64,000 nt of DNA, from positions 248,001 to 312,000 of the forward strand of contig NZ_JAJQXW010000001.1 in the NCBI RefSeq assembly GCF_021246445.1, read 5' to 3'. Of this stretch, positions 20,244-30,896 are shown one piece after another (the first letter of the stretch is position 1; the number at the start of each line of letters is the position of its first letter). The DNA is from Rhabdothermincola salaria (GTDB lineage Bacteria; Actinomycetota; Acidimicrobiia; Acidimicrobiales; Acidimicrobilacustridaceae). Both the position numbers and the translations under genes were made by a program. The notes under the pieces were generated by a model, which did not search any database, was not told where the DNA came from, and saw nothing but the letters and a program-made list of their open reading frames with translations.

Positions 20244-21616
20244 TGGGCGCCCGCGACGACACCACGGAGCCGACCCCCCGCCGGGCGCTGGTCATCGGAC
20301 TCGGCATCACCGGCCGCGCCGTCGCCCGTGCTCTGCGAGCGCGCGGGGCCGAGGTCGCGGTGGTCGAGGACCATCCCACCCCCCGCACCGAGGCTGCGGC
20401 ACGATCCCTCGCCGTGGACCTTCTGGCGGCGCCCAGTGCCGACGAGCTCGAGCGGGCAGTGGCGGGGGTCGACGCCGTCCTGCCCAGCCCTGGTGTCCCC
20501 GACGCCCATCCGGTGTTCGCCGCCGCCCGCCGCCTCGAGGTGCCGGTGCGATCGGAGTTCGACCTGGCCCGGGCGTGGGACGACCGGCCGGTCGTGGCCG
20601 TCACCGGCACCGACGGCAAGACCACCGTCACCACCATGGTGACGTCGATGCTGATCGCCGCCGGCCGGCGCGCCGTCGCCTGCGGCAACACCGATGTGCC
20701 CCTGGTGGAGGCGATCGACGACCCTGCCACCGACGTGTTCGTGGTGGAGGCGTCGTCGTTCCGTCTCGGTCACACCCACCGCTTCCGCCCGGCCGTCGCC
20801 GCCTGGCTGAACTTCGCTCCCGACCACCTCGACGTCCACGATTCCCTCGAAGCCTACGAACGGGCCAAGGCGCGCCTGTGGGCCGACCTCCCTGCGGACG
20901 CCGCGGCGGTGGTGAACCTCGACGACCCCGTCGTCCGATCGCACCGGCCCGTTTCCGCCCGGGTCGTCACCTTCGGTCTCGACCCCGACCAGCGACCCGA
21001 CGCCACCGTGCGCGCCGGGCGCTTGGTCGCCGCCGACGGAGTCGACCTCGTCGGCGTCGACGAGCTGCCCAGAGCCCTCCCGCACGATCTCTCCAACGCC
21101 CTCGCCGCGGCCACCGTGGCGAGGTGCGCCGGGGCCGACGTCGAAGCCGTGCGGGGCGTCCTGAGGTCGTTCACCGCCCCGGCCCACCGGGTGCAGGAGG
21201 TGGCGGTCGTCGACGGCGTCCGCTGGTTCGACGACTCCAAGGCCACGACCACCCACGCCACGCTGGCGGCCGTGGCCGGCTTCGACTCGGTGGTCCTGGT
21301 GGCCGGCGGGCGCAACAAGGGCCTCGATCTGGGCGTCCTCGCCGGCACCGTGCCCCCGGTGCGAGCCGTGGTCGCCATGGGGGAGGCCGCCGACGAGGTG
21401 GCCGCCGTGTTCGCCCGCACCGGACTGCCCGTCGAGGTCGTGCGCACCGACATGGGCGACGTGGTGCGAGCCGCCGCCGACCTCGCCCGTCCCGGCGACG
21501 TCGTGGTGCTCTCCCCGGCCTGCACCTCGTTCGACTGGTTCGGCTCCTATGCCGAACGGGGCGACGCCTTCACCCGCGCCGTGCGCACCCTCCACGACGC
21601 GACGGAGCGATCATGA
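20243..21616 (+). CDS. murD: UDP-MurNAc-L-Ala:D-Glu ligase
   Basis: 'SPGVP', 'VTGTDGKTT', 'EASSF', 'DHLD', 'DDSKAT', 'SPACTSFD', 'ERGDAF'. Confidence 0.96.
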   Translation: MGARDDTTEPTPRRALVIGLGITGRAVARALRARGAEVAVVEDHPTPRTEAAARSLAVDLLAAPSADELERAVAGVDAVLPSPGVPDAHPVFAAARRLEVPVRSEFDLARAWDDRPVVAVTGTDGKTTVTTMVTSMLIAAGRRAVACGNTDVPLVEAIDDPATDVFVVEASSFRLGHTHRFRPAVAAWLNFAPDHLDVHDSLEAYERAKARLWADLPADAAAVVNLDDPVVRSHRPVSARVVTFGLDPDQRPDATVRAGRLVAADGVDLVGVDELPRALPHDLSNALAAATVARCAGADVEAVRGVLRSFTAPAHRVQEVAVVDGVRWFDDSKATTTHATLAAVAGFDSVVLVAGGRNKGLDLGVLAGTVPPVRAVVAMGEAADEVAAVFARTGLPVEVVRTDMGDVVRAAADLARPGDVVVLSPACTSFDWFGSYAERGDAFTRAVRTLHDATERS

Positions 21617-22824
21617 CCTCCCCCCTGGTCGCCCTGCGTCGGCGGCGCACCGGTCGCAGCCCCGTCGACGGCCCCGACGGTCTGGATCGCGCCGATCGCG
21701 CCGATCGCGCCGAGCGGGTCGAGCGCGAGCCGCTCGGGTCGGGCTCGTCGTTCGCGTGGATGTTCGGGCTGGTGGTGGTGCTCAACCTCATCGGCCTGCT
21801 GATGGTGCTGTCGGCGTCGGCCGTCACCGCCCTCTACGAGTACGGCTCGCCCTGGTACCAGTTCCAGCGCCAGTTCCTGTGGCTGTCCATCGGGTCGGTG
21901 GCCCTGCTCATCGCCTTGCGCATCGACTACCACCGGTGGCGCCGGTACACGCGCCTGGTCCTGCTGGCCGCCATCGCGCTGTTGGTCCTGGTGCTGGTGC
22001 CCGGCGTCGGCGTCGACGCCAACGGCGCCACCCGGTGGTTGGGCTACGGCCCGTTCAGCTTCCAGCCGTCGGAGCTGGCCAAGCTGGCTCTGGTGCTCTT
22101 CGCCGCCGACCTGCTCGCCCGCCGGGGCTCGAAGGTGCGCAACTGGCACCTCGGCCTCAAGCCCGTGATGGTGGTCTTCATCGTCGTGGCCGCGCTGGTG
22201 ATGGCTCAGCCCAACCTGGGCACCACCCTCGTGCTGGCCGCCGTGGTGCTGGTGATGTGCTTCGTGGCCGGGACCCCGACCACCCCCCTTGCGGTCACCA
22301 CCGGCGGTCTGGTGGCCGGCGCCACGTTCTTCGCCTTCTCCGAGCCGTACCGCTTCCGGCGCCTGATGGCCTTCCGTGACCCCTGGGCCGACCCCCTCAA
22401 CCTCGGCTTCCAGACCGTGCAGAGCCAGACCGGGCTGGCCAACGGCGGCCTGCTCGGCACCGGGCTCGGTGAGGGGAGGGCCAAGTGGGGGTTCCTGCCC
22501 GAGGCCCACACGGACTTCATCTACGCCATCATCGGCGAGGAGCTCGGCCTGTTGGGTGCGCTGGCCGTCGTCGCCCTGTTCGTGTTGCTCGGCGTGCTCG
22601 GGGTGCGCACCGCGCTGCGAGCGCCCGATCGCTACGGGATGCTGCTCGCCACCGGGATCACGGCGTGGATCCTCGTCCAGGCCTTCGTGAACATCGGGGC
22701 GGTCGTGGGCGTGCTGCCCATCACCGGCGTCCCGCTGCCGTTCGTGTCGGCCGGCGGGTCCTCGCTGCTGTTCACCATGGCCGGCGCCGGCCTGCTGCTC
22801 AACATCGCCCGCCAGGCGCGCTGA
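21613..22824 (+). CDS. ftsW: SEDS peptidoglycan polymerase FtsW
   Basis: 'NGATRW', 'FQPSELAK', 'QPNLGT', 'LPEAHTDFI', 'GEELG', 'LPFVSAGGSS'. Confidence 0.96.
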   Translation: MTSPLVALRRRRTGRSPVDGPDGLDRADRADRAERVEREPLGSGSSFAWMFGLVVVLNLIGLLMVLSASAVTALYEYGSPWYQFQRQFLWLSIGSVALLIALRIDYHRWRRYTRLVLLAAIALLVLVLVPGVGVDANGATRWLGYGPFSFQPSELAKLALVLFAADLLARRGSKVRNWHLGLKPVMVVFIVVAALVMAQPNLGTTLVLAAVVLVMCFVAGTPTTPLAVTTGGLVAGATFFAFSEPYRFRRLMAFRDPWADPLNLGFQTVQSQTGLANGGLLGTGLGEGRAKWGFLPEAHTDFIYAIIGEELGLLGALAVVALFVLLGVLGVRTALRAPDRYGMLLATGITAWILVQAFVNIGAVVGVLPITGVPLPFVSAGGSSLLFTMAGAGLLLNIARQAR

Positions 22825-23960
22825 TGGGTCGCAGGGCCTCCAGCCCGCTCTCCTGGGCGGTGGTCGCCGGGGGCGGCACCGCTGGGCACGTGCTGCCCGG
22901 GCTCGCCGTGGCCCGGGCCCTCGTCGCCCGGGGTCGTGCGCAGGACTCGATCCACTTCGTGGGCAGCGAGCGGGGGCTCGAGGCCCGCCTGGTCCCCGAG
23001 GCCGGGTTCCGGATCACGCTCCTGCCCGGTCGCGGCATCCAGCGCCGTCTCACGGTGGCCAACATCGGCGCCATCTGGGGTCTGCTGCGGGCCATGGTCG
23101 AGGGGATCGCCCTCATCCGGCGCGAGCGGCCCGCGGTGGTCGTCGTGCTGGGCGGCTACGCCAGCGTGGCGTGCGTGCTCGGCGCCGTGCTGTGGCGGGT
23201 GCCGATCGTGGTGACCGAGCAGAACGCCCGGGCCGGTGCCGCCAACCGCCTCGCCGGCCGGTTCGCCAAGGCCTGTGCGGTGCCCTTCGACGAGACGGAC
23301 CTGCCCCATCGGGTCGTCACCGGCAACCCCGTGCGCTCCGAGGTGCTGGCCGTCGATCGCGTGGCCGACCGGGCCACGGCGCGGGCCGCCCTCGGACTGC
23401 CGGACGACCGCACGGTCGTGGCCGTGGTGACCGGGTCGCTCGGCTCACGCCGGGTCAACGACGCCGTGTGGGGGGCGCTACCCAGGTGGGCCGGCAGGGG
23501 GGACCTCGCCGTGCGCCACGTGCTCGGCAGCCGCGACCACGACGCCGGTCCGCCGCCGGTGCCCGAGATCCCGCCGGACGGTCTGCGCTACCAGGCCGTC
23601 CGCTACGAGGACCACATGGACCAGGTCCTCGCCGCCGCCGACCTGCTGGTGTCGCGGTCGGGAGGGACGACCGTGGCGGAGGTGGCCGAGGTCGGGCTGG
23701 CCTCGGTGCTGGTGCCCTTCCCGGCCGCGCCCCGCGACCACCAGACGGCCAACGCCGCCCCGTTGGTGCGGGCCGGCGCGGCCATCATGGTGCCCGACGT
23801 CGAGCTCGACGCCGACCGGTTGGTCGCCGTCGTCGAACCGCTCCTCGACGACCCGGACCGGTTGGCGTCGATGGGAACGGCCGCCCGTAGCCTCGCCCAT
23901 CCCGATGCCGCCGACCGGGTGGCCGACCTCGTGGAGGAGCACGCCCGCCGTGAGCACTGA
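22824..23960 (+). CDS. murG: Lipid II GlcNAc transferase
   Basis: 'AGGGTAGHVLP', 'GGYAS', 'EQNA', 'GNPVR', 'GSLGS', 'HQTANA'. Confidence 0.96.
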   Translation: MGRRASSPLSWAVVAGGGTAGHVLPGLAVARALVARGRAQDSIHFVGSERGLEARLVPEAGFRITLLPGRGIQRRLTVANIGAIWGLLRAMVEGIALIRRERPAVVVVLGGYASVACVLGAVLWRVPIVVTEQNARAGAANRLAGRFAKACAVPFDETDLPHRVVTGNPVRSEVLAVDRVADRATARAALGLPDDRTVVAVVTGSLGSRRVNDAVWGALPRWAGRGDLAVRHVLGSRDHDAGPPPVPEIPPDGLRYQAVRYEDHMDQVLAAADLLVSRSGGTTVAEVAEVGLASVLVPFPAAPRDHQTANAAPLVRAGAAIMVPDVELDADRLVAVVEPLLDDPDRLASMGTAARSLAHPDAADRVADLVEEHARREH

Positions 23961-25413
23961 GCCCGAGTCCACCGAGGAGGCCCCGGCCACGAGCGCGGCC
24001 GCCGCCATCGCCGAGGCCGCCGGACGCATCGACCTGTCCGGGACGAGGGTCGTCCACGTCGTCGGCGTGGGCGGGGCGGGGATGAGCGCCATCGCCGAGG
24101 TGCTCGCCGCCATGGGCCACCGGGTCAGCGGCAGCGATCTCAAGGAGTCCCCCGGCCTCGAGCGGCTCCGGGCGCTCGGCATCGACGTCACCATCGGCCA
24201 TGCCGGCGACAACGTGCCCGACGACGCCGACTTCGTCGCCGTCTCCACGGCGATCCCCGCCCGCAACACCGAGGTCCGCGCCGCCGAGGCCCGGGGGGTG
24301 CCGGTGGTGCGTCGGGCCGAGCTCCTGGCGGCCGTCGCCGCCACCCGGCGAGCGTTGGCCGTCGCCGGCACCCATGGCAAGACCACCACCTCGTCGATGC
24401 TGGCCCTCGTGCTGGTCGAGGCGGGCGAGCGACCGTCGTTCATCATCGGTGGCGACGTCAACGAGATCGGCTCGGGGGCGGCGTGGGACAGCGGCGAGTG
24501 GTTCGTGATCGAGGCCGACGAGAGCGACGGTTCCGGGTTCGCCCTGCCCCGCCACGGGTGCATCGTGACCAACGTCGAACCCGACCACCTCGAGTTCCAC
24601 GGGTCGGTCGAGGCGCTGCACGCCGCCTTCGCGTCGTTCCTGGCGGCCACGCCCGGCCCGCGGGTGGTGTGTGCCGACGACCCGGTCGCGAGCGCGCTGG
24701 GCCGAGCCCACGACGCGGTCACCTACGGCACCGCCGCGGACGCCGACTACCGCCTCGTCGACCTGCAGAGCGGCCGGGGAGGCGTTCGCTTCGACCTGCA
24801 CCGTCGCGGCCAGCTGCTGGGCGAGGTCGTGCTCCCCGTGCCCGGGGCCCACAACGCCCGCAACGCGGCGGCCGCGGTCACCCTGGCGCTGGAGCTCGGG
24901 GTCGACTTCGCGCCGGCGGCGGCCGCGCTGGCCCGCTTCGCCGGGGTGGCCCGCCGCTTCCAGTTCCGGGGCGAGGCCGCCGGCGTCACGTTCGTCGACG
25001 ACTACGCCCACCTGCCCACGGAGGTGGGTGCCGCCCTCGGCGCCGCCCTCGACGGCGGGTGGTCGCGGGTGGTCGTCGTCTTCCAGCCTCACCGCTACAG
25101 CCGCACCGAGGCCCTCTGGCCCGAGTTCGCCGACGCGTTCGAAGGCGCCGACGCGGTCGTCATCACCGACGTGTACGCCTCGGGCGAGATGCCGAGGCCG
25201 GGCATCAGCGGCAAGCTGGTGGTCGACGCCGTGCTCGACGCCCACCCCCATCGCCAGGTGGCGTACCTGCCTCGTCGGCGCGACGTCGTCGACTACCTGA
25301 CGACCCGGCTCCGGCCCGGCGACCTGTGCCTCACTCTGGGCGCCGGTGACCTCACGGCCGCCCCCGACGAGGTGCTCGACCGCCTGGCCCTGGCCGACCA
25401 GCCGGCCTCGTGA
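23950..25413 (+). CDS. murC: UDP-MurNAc:L-Ala ligase
   Basis: 'GVGGAGMS', 'AGTHGKTTTS', 'EADESD', 'DDYAHLPTE', 'FQPHRYSRT'. Confidence 0.96.
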   Translation: MSTEPESTEEAPATSAAAAIAEAAGRIDLSGTRVVHVVGVGGAGMSAIAEVLAAMGHRVSGSDLKESPGLERLRALGIDVTIGHAGDNVPDDADFVAVSTAIPARNTEVRAAEARGVPVVRRAELLAAVAATRRALAVAGTHGKTTTSSMLALVLVEAGERPSFIIGGDVNEIGSGAAWDSGEWFVIEADESDGSGFALPRHGCIVTNVEPDHLEFHGSVEALHAAFASFLAATPGPRVVCADDPVASALGRAHDAVTYGTAADADYRLVDLQSGRGGVRFDLHRRGQLLGEVVLPVPGAHNARNAAAAVTLALELGVDFAPAAAALARFAGVARRFQFRGEAAGVTFVDDYAHLPTEVGAALGAALDGGWSRVVVVFQPHRYSRTEALWPEFADAFEGADAVVITDVYASGEMPRPGISGKLVVDAVLDAHPHRQVAYLPRRRDVVDYLTTRLRPGDLCLTLGAGDLTAAPDEVLDRLALADQPAS

Positions 25414-25423
25414 CGGAGTCGTC

Positions 25424-26395
25424 GTGAGCCAGCCCGCTGCGGTGCTCGAACGGGCGGCTGCGGAGCTGGGCCCCATCGCCCGGGCCGACGTCCCCCTCGG
25501 TCCGCTCACCACCTACCGGGTGGGCGGACCGGCGGCTCTGCTGGTGGCCGACGCCGGCCTGGCCGAGCTGGCCCGGGTGGCCGACGTGGTTCGGGCCACC
25601 GGCGTGCAGGTGCTGGTCGTGGGGCGGGGGTCCAACCTCCTCGTGGCCGACGACGGCTTCCCGGGCATCGCCGTCACCCTCGGCGACAGCCTGGCCGAGG
25701 TCATCCTCGAGGGCACCACGGTCGTCGCCGGCGGTGGCGCCGCGCTGCCGGTCGTGGCCCGCCGTACCGCCGCCGCCGGGCTCACGGGCTTCGAGTGGGC
25801 GGTGGGGGTGCCCGGTTCGGTGGGTGGGGCCGTGCGCATGAACGCCGGCGGACACGGCTCCGACATGGCGGCCAGCCTCGTCAGGGTCCGCGTCCTCGAC
25901 CTGGCCACCGGCGAGGATGGGTGGATGCCCGCTGCCGCGCTCGACCTCGGCTACCGGTGTTCGGCGCTCACCGCCACCCAGGTGGTCGTGGCCGCCGAGT
26001 TGGCGCTCGCCGCCGGTGAGGCCCGACGGGCCGAGGCCGAGCTCTCCGGCATCGTGCGGTGGCGGCGGGCCCACCAGCCGGGCGGAGCCAACGCCGGTTC
26101 GGTGTTCACCAACCCGCCCGGCGACTCCGCCGGTCGTCTCATCGAGGCCGCCGGGCTGAAGGGCCATCGGGTCGGCCGCGCCCATGTCTCCACCAAGCAC
26201 GCCAACTTCATCCAGGTCGACGACGACGGGTCCGCCGCCGACGTGGCCGCGCTGATGGCGGCGGTCCGAGCCGCCGTGCGCGCCAACACCGGGGTCGACC
26301 TGCACGCCGAGACGCGCCTCGTCGGGTTCGCCCCGGAGGTCGTGGCCGCGGCCGGCGCCACGCCCGACAACCCTCGACAGGAGGTCGAGGGTTGA
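25424..26395 (+). CDS. murB: UDP-GlcNAc-enolpyruvate reductase
   Basis: 'TTYRVGG', 'GRGSNLL', 'PGSVGGAVRMNAG', 'AGSVFTNP', 'STKHANF'. Confidence 0.95.
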   Translation: MSQPAAVLERAAAELGPIARADVPLGPLTTYRVGGPAALLVADAGLAELARVADVVRATGVQVLVVGRGSNLLVADDGFPGIAVTLGDSLAEVILEGTTVVAGGGAALPVVARRTAAAGLTGFEWAVGVPGSVGGAVRMNAGGHGSDMAASLVRVRVLDLATGEDGWMPAAALDLGYRCSALTATQVVVAAELALAAGEARRAEAELSGIVRWRRAHQPGGANAGSVFTNPPGDSAGRLIEAAGLKGHRVGRAHVSTKHANFIQVDDDGSAADVAALMAAVRAAVRANTGVDLHAETRLVGFAPEVVAAAGATPDNPRQEVEG

Positions 26396-27198
26396 GCACC
26401 CGGACGTTGGACCGTCCGGTCGACGACGGCGTCGACCCGCGCATCGCGGCGCGCCGTGTCGCCGTCGCCGCTGATCGCCGACGGCGTCGCCTGCGTTGGA
26501 CGGCCTGGTTCCTGGTCGCGGCCACCGCCGCCGCCGGGGTCTGGTACGCCACCCACAGCTCGCTGCTCGACGTGGAGGTGATCCGGGTCGACGGGGCGAC
26601 GCAGACCACTCCCGACGAGATCCGCGGGGCATCGGGTGTCGTCCCCGGCGATCCCCTGCTCTGGATCGACGAGGGCGCCGCGATCAGGGGCATCGAGGCC
26701 CTGCCCTGGGTGGCCTCGGCCACGGTGCGGCGCAACGTCGACGGCACCGTGCGGTTCGCCGTCGTCGAGCGGGCCGCAGCCGTCACCGTCGCCACGCCCG
26801 AGGGGGCCCCGGCGCTGGTCGACGGCACCGGTCGGGTGCTCGCCGTCGTCGCCCCCGAGGAGCTCGCCGCGCACGACCCGCCGTTGGTCCCCGTGGAGGG
26901 CGTCACCGCCCCCGTCGCGGGCCAGTCGCTCGGACCGGCGGCCGACGGCGCCCTCGGCGTGGTCGAGCACCTCACCCCGGGCCTGCGCTCGCGACTCACC
27001 GCCGTTCGCATCACCCCTTCAGGGGAGCTCGAGCTGGCGCTCGTGCCCGACATCGTGGTCGAGCTGGGTCGGGCCACCGAGCTCGACACCAAGCTGGCCT
27101 CGCTGGTCACCTGGCTGTCCCAGGTCGACCAGACCGATCTCGCCACCGTGAGCATGCGGGTGCCCGAGCTGCCCACGGCCACGCGCCACACGCCATGA
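26392..27198 (+). CDS. ftsQ: Cell division protein FtsQ/DivIB
   Basis: Arg-rich N-terminus, TM and POTRA-like 'IEALPWVASATVRR'; directly upstream of ftsZ; TTG start inferred. Confidence 0.85.
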   Translation: MSTRTLDRPVDDGVDPRIAARRVAVAADRRRRRLRWTAWFLVAATAAAGVWYATHSSLLDVEVIRVDGATQTTPDEIRGASGVVPGDPLLWIDEGAAIRGIEALPWVASATVRRNVDGTVRFAVVERAAAVTVATPEGAPALVDGTGRVLAVVAPEELAAHDPPLVPVEGVTAPVAGQSLGPAADGALGVVEHLTPGLRSRLTAVRITPSGELELALVPDIVVELGRATELDTKLASLVTWLSQVDQTDLATVSMRVPELPTATRHTP

Positions 27199-27383
27199 CC
27201 ACCGCCGCACCAGCGGGAGATACCCGGGTGACGGCCAGGTGTCGGGTATCCTCGGCCAGCTCTCACCATCGACGTGAGGTCGACGGGCGGCGGGTGCTGA
27301 GCACCCGGTCGACGCCGCTACCGCTCCCGTCGTCTCCACCAGTTCGCCCCGTACGTCCAACCATCTCGTAAGAGGAGAGGCCC

Positions 27384-28469
27384 ATGGCCGCCAACCCGCA
27401 GAACTACCTTGCGGTCATCAAGGTCGTCGGTGTCGGCGGCGGTGGCGTCAACGCCGTCAACCGCATGATCGACGCCGGACTGAAGGGCGTGGAGTTCATC
27501 GCGGTGAACACCGACGCCCAGGCGCTGCTCATGAGCGATGCCGACATCAAGCTCGACATCGGCCGTGAGCTCACCCGGGGCCTCGGCGCGGGCAGCGACC
27601 CCGAGGTCGGCAAGGCCGCCGCCGAGGCCCACAAGGACGAGCTCGAGGAGGTGCTCAAGGGCGCCGACATGGTGTTCATCACCGCGGGCAAGGGCGGCGG
27701 CACCGGCACCGGTGCGGCTCCGGTCATCGCCGAGATCGCCAAGGGCCTCGGTGCCCTCACCATCGGCGTCGTCACCCGGCCCTTCGGCTTCGAGGGCAAG
27801 CGGCGGGCGGTGCAGGCCGAGTCGGGCATCAAGATCCTGAAGGAGAAGGTCGACACGCTGATCGTCATCCCGAACGATCGCCTGCTCACCGTCTCCAACG
27901 ACAAGACGTCGGTGCTGAACGCCTTCAAGATGGCCGACGAGGTGCTCCTGCAGGGCGTGCAGGGGATCACCGACCTCATCACCACCCCGGGCCTGATCAA
28001 CACCGACTTCGCCGACGTGAAGATGATCATGAGCGATGCCGGTTCGGCTCTCATGGGCATCGGCTACGGCTCTGGTGAGGGGCGGGCCCTCTCGGCCGCC
28101 CGCGCCGCCATCTCCTCGCCGTTGCTCGAGGCCTCCATCGAGGGCGCCCGCGGCATCCTGCTCACCATCGCCGGTGGCAGCGACCTGGGCCTGTTCGAGG
28201 TCAACGAGGCCGCCGAGGTCATCCACGGCGTGGCCCACCCCGACGCCAACATCATCTTCGGTACGGTCATCGACGACGAGATGGGCGACGAGGTCCGCGT
28301 CACCGTCATCGCCGCCGGCTTCGACCGCTGGGACGGCGAGAAGAAGGGTGCCATCCGTGGCGCCGGCGGCGGCGATGCACCCGTGCGCGACGTCTTCGCC
28401 TCCGACGATGACGACGACGACATCGACGGCGACGACGACGACTTCGACGTCCCGTCGTTCCTGCAGTAG
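27384..28469 (+). CDS. ftsZ: Cell division protein FtsZ
   Basis: '[10 protein letters not shown]', tubulin motif 'GGGTGTG', 'DFADV', C-terminal 'DFDVPSFL'; SD AGGAG. Confidence 0.99.
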   Translation: MAANPQNYLAVIKVVGVGGGGVNAVNRMIDAGLKGVEFIAVNTDAQALLMSDADIKLDIGRELTRGLGAGSDPEVGKAAAEAHKDELEEVLKGADMVFITAGKGGGTGTGAAPVIAEIAKGLGALTIGVVTRPFGFEGKRRAVQAESGIKILKEKVDTLIVIPNDRLLTVSNDKTSVLNAFKMADEVLLQGVQGITDLITTPGLINTDFADVKMIMSDAGSALMGIGYGSGEGRALSAARAAISSPLLEASIEGARGILLTIAGGSDLGLFEVNEAAEVIHGVAHPDANIIFGTVIDDEMGDEVRVTVIAAGFDRWDGEKKGAIRGAGGGDAPVRDVFASDDDDDDIDGDDDDFDVPSFLQ

Positions 28470-28616
28470 GACGCACCCTCCCCCGTGCCCGACGACGAGC
28501 CCCCGGTCTCCGCCCCGGGGGCTCGCTCGCGCCCGGCACCGGGCGCGCCCCCCGCGGGTGCCGACCGTGTCGCGGTGGAGGGCATGGCCCCTCCCAGGGG
28601 TCGGGGTGTGCCGTCG

Positions 28617-29405
28617 ATGATGGGTCCCGACCTCATCGCGCTGGTTCGCACCACCGACGTCCGCGACGGGGACCTGCACGTCGAGGGCGAGCCCGGTCCG
28701 TTGCAGGCCCGCCGCCGCCAGATCCTCGATCGCCCTTGGGTGTGGATGCGCCAGGTGCACGGCTCCGACGTGGTGGTGCTGGGCGACGACGACCCGGCGG
28801 AGGCCGTGGCCGGGGTCGACGCCGATGCCGTCGTCACCCGCCGCACCGACGTCGTCCTGGCCGCCAACTCCGCCGACTGCGCCGCCATCGCCCTGGTGGG
28901 GGCAGCCGGGGCTGGCCCCGCGTCCACCGTGGTGGACCGTCCCGACCTGGCCGACGGTGCCGCCATCGGCGTCGTGCACGCCGGCTGGCGGGGGCTGCAG
29001 GCCGGGGTGGTCGGCGCCGGGGTGGCGGCGCTGCGCCGGCTCGGTGTCGACCGGGTGCAGGCCCACCTGGGCCCGTGCATCGGCCCGGAGTGCTACGAGT
29101 TCGACGGCCCCGAGCTCGACGCCCTGGTGGCCCGGTTCGGGCCCACGGTGGCCGGGCGCACCCGGCAGGGTCGTCCTGCCCTCGACCTGCGCCTCGGCGT
29201 GCGCCGCGCCCTCGAAGAGGCCGGCGCCGAGCTGGTCACGCGGTCGGTGCGGTGCACGGCGTGCGGCACCACCACCGATGCCCCGGACCGCGGCGGGTGG
29301 GGGAGCGGAGGAGCGCAGCTGTTCTCCCACCGTGCTCGAGCCGACGCGGGACGCCAGGCGATGCTGGTGTGGCTCGAGCGGCCGTCCCTCGGGGGTCCCG
29401 CGTGA
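28617..29405 (+). CDS. pgeF: PgeF/YfiH (YlmD) family peptidoglycan editing factor
   Basis: 'QVHG', 'ADC', 'HAGWRG', 'GPCIGPECYE', 'FSHR'; start uncertain (28485-28620). Confidence 0.88.
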   Translation: MMGPDLIALVRTTDVRDGDLHVEGEPGPLQARRRQILDRPWVWMRQVHGSDVVVLGDDDPAEAVAGVDADAVVTRRTDVVLAANSADCAAIALVGAAGAGPASTVVDRPDLADGAAIGVVHAGWRGLQAGVVGAGVAALRRLGVDRVQAHLGPCIGPECYEFDGPELDALVARFGPTVAGRTRQGRPALDLRLGVRRALEEAGAELVTRSVRCTACGTTTDAPDRGGWGSGGAQLFSHRARADAGRQAMLVWLERPSLGGPA

Positions 29406-30142
29406 CCGGCCCCGTCGACGGCCCTGCCCCCGTCGACCGCCACGCCGTCGCCGCCCGCCTGGCCGATGTGCGGCGTCGCATCGCCGGCGCCGGTGGCGAC
29501 GACGGCATCCGGGTCTTGGCCGTCACCAAGGGGTTCGGGCCCGACGCCGTCGAGGCCGCGCTGGAGCTGGGCCTGACCGCCGTCGGCGAGAACTACGCCC
29601 AGGAGCTGGTGGCCAAGGTGGAGGCCCTCGGGACCGATCGCGACCCGATGCCCCGCTGGCACTTCCTCGGCCGCCTGCAGCGCAACAAGGTCCGCCTGCT
29701 GGCCCCGCACGTGGGGGTCTGGGAGAGCGTGGACCGCGGCCCGTTGGTCGACGAGATCGCCAAGCGGGCCCCCGGCGCGGTCGTGTACGTGCAGGTCGAC
29801 CTCTCCGGCGAGCCTCAAAAGGGCGGGGCGGCTCCGGCCGAGGTGCCGGGGCTGGTGGCGCGGGCCCGAGACGCCGGCCTCGCCGTGCGGGGGCTCATGG
29901 GGGTCGGGCCGGCCGGGCCGGCCGAGGCCGCCCGGCCCGGGTTCCGGATGCTCGTCGCCCTCGCCGACGAGCTCGGCCTGGTCGAGCGGTCCATCGGCAT
30001 GACAGGGGATCTCGAGGTGGCCGTCGCCGAGGGTGCGACCGAGGTGCGAGTGGGCACGGCGTTGTTCGGGCCCCGGCCCTCCCGTGCCGACCCGCCCTCA
30101 CCGTCGAGTGGAGGCGCGCCCTCACCCTCTGACGGAGGGTGA
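29402..30142 (+). CDS. yggS: PLP homeostasis protein YggS/YlmE
   Basis: 'LAVTKG', 'GENYAQE', 'WHFLGRLQRNK', 'SIGMTGD', 'VRVGTALFG'. Confidence 0.93.
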   Translation: MTGPVDGPAPVDRHAVAARLADVRRRIAGAGGDDGIRVLAVTKGFGPDAVEAALELGLTAVGENYAQELVAKVEALGTDRDPMPRWHFLGRLQRNKVRLLAPHVGVWESVDRGPLVDEIAKRAPGAVVYVQVDLSGEPQKGGAAPAEVPGLVARARDAGLAVRGLMGVGPAGPAEAARPGFRMLVALADELGLVERSIGMTGDLEVAVAEGATEVRVGTALFGPRPSRADPPSPSSGGAPSPSDGG

Positions 30143-30263
30143 CGGAGGTCGGGGTCGCGTCCTTCGGGGGGTCGAGGCGTGGGATGGGGTCCCGGCGCAC
30201 TACCCTCTCCCGACACGATCGAACGCCGAGCGGGTGGCCCCGCGCGGTCACGGAGGACCTTCC

Positions 30264-30887
30264 ATGGCGAACAGTTGGCGCAAGGCCATGACCTACCTCG
30301 GGCTCGGCCCCGACGAGGAGTACGAGGACTACGACGCGGGGTACGACGAGCCCGTCGCTCGCGAGCAGCCAGCGCCTCGTCAGGCCCCTCCTCCCCGGCA
30401 GGCCCCGGCGTCGCGTCCCGCCCCGGCCCAGGGTGGTGGTCGCCCGGCCGGTCGCCCCCGTCCCACCCCGGGACCCAGCGCCGCCCCGCCCCCGCCCAAC
30501 CCCTTCTCCACGCCCCCGCCCGACGGCGGTGAGCCGCCGTCGGTGCGCACCCTGCCCGCCCCGGGCGACGACAACCCCAAGCCCCGGGTGCGTGCCGTGC
30601 CGCGCACACCGCAGGCCAAGCCGCACCTCGTCACGCCGTCCTCGTTCAACCAGGCCCAAGAGGTGGCCGACCGCTTCAAGGCCTCCCAACCGGTCGCCCT
30701 CGACCTCGGCGATGCCGATCGCGACCTCTCGCGGCGCCTGATCGATTTCTGCAGCGGCCTGTGCTACGGCCTGGGGGGGCACATGGAGAAGGTGGTCGGC
30801 CAGCTGTACCTGCTGACCCCGGCAGGGGTGGAGGTCGCCCCTGAGGAACGCCGTCGCCTGGGTGACCCCTCCCTGGCCGACGCCTAG
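30264..30887 (+). CDS. sepF: Cell division protein SepF
   Basis: Amphipathic 'WRKAMTYLGL', Pro-rich linker, 'RRLIDFCSGL', 'YLLTP'; SD GGAGG. Confidence 0.93.
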   Translation: MANSWRKAMTYLGLGPDEEYEDYDAGYDEPVAREQPAPRQAPPPRQAPASRPAPAQGGGRPAGRPRPTPGPSAAPPPPNPFSTPPPDGGEPPSVRTLPAPGDDNPKPRVRAVPRTPQAKPHLVTPSSFNQAQEVADRFKASQPVALDLGDADRDLSRRLIDFCSGLCYGLGGHMEKVVGQLYLLTPAGVEVAPEERRRLGDPSLADA

Positions 30888-30896
30888 GCGCCGGCG

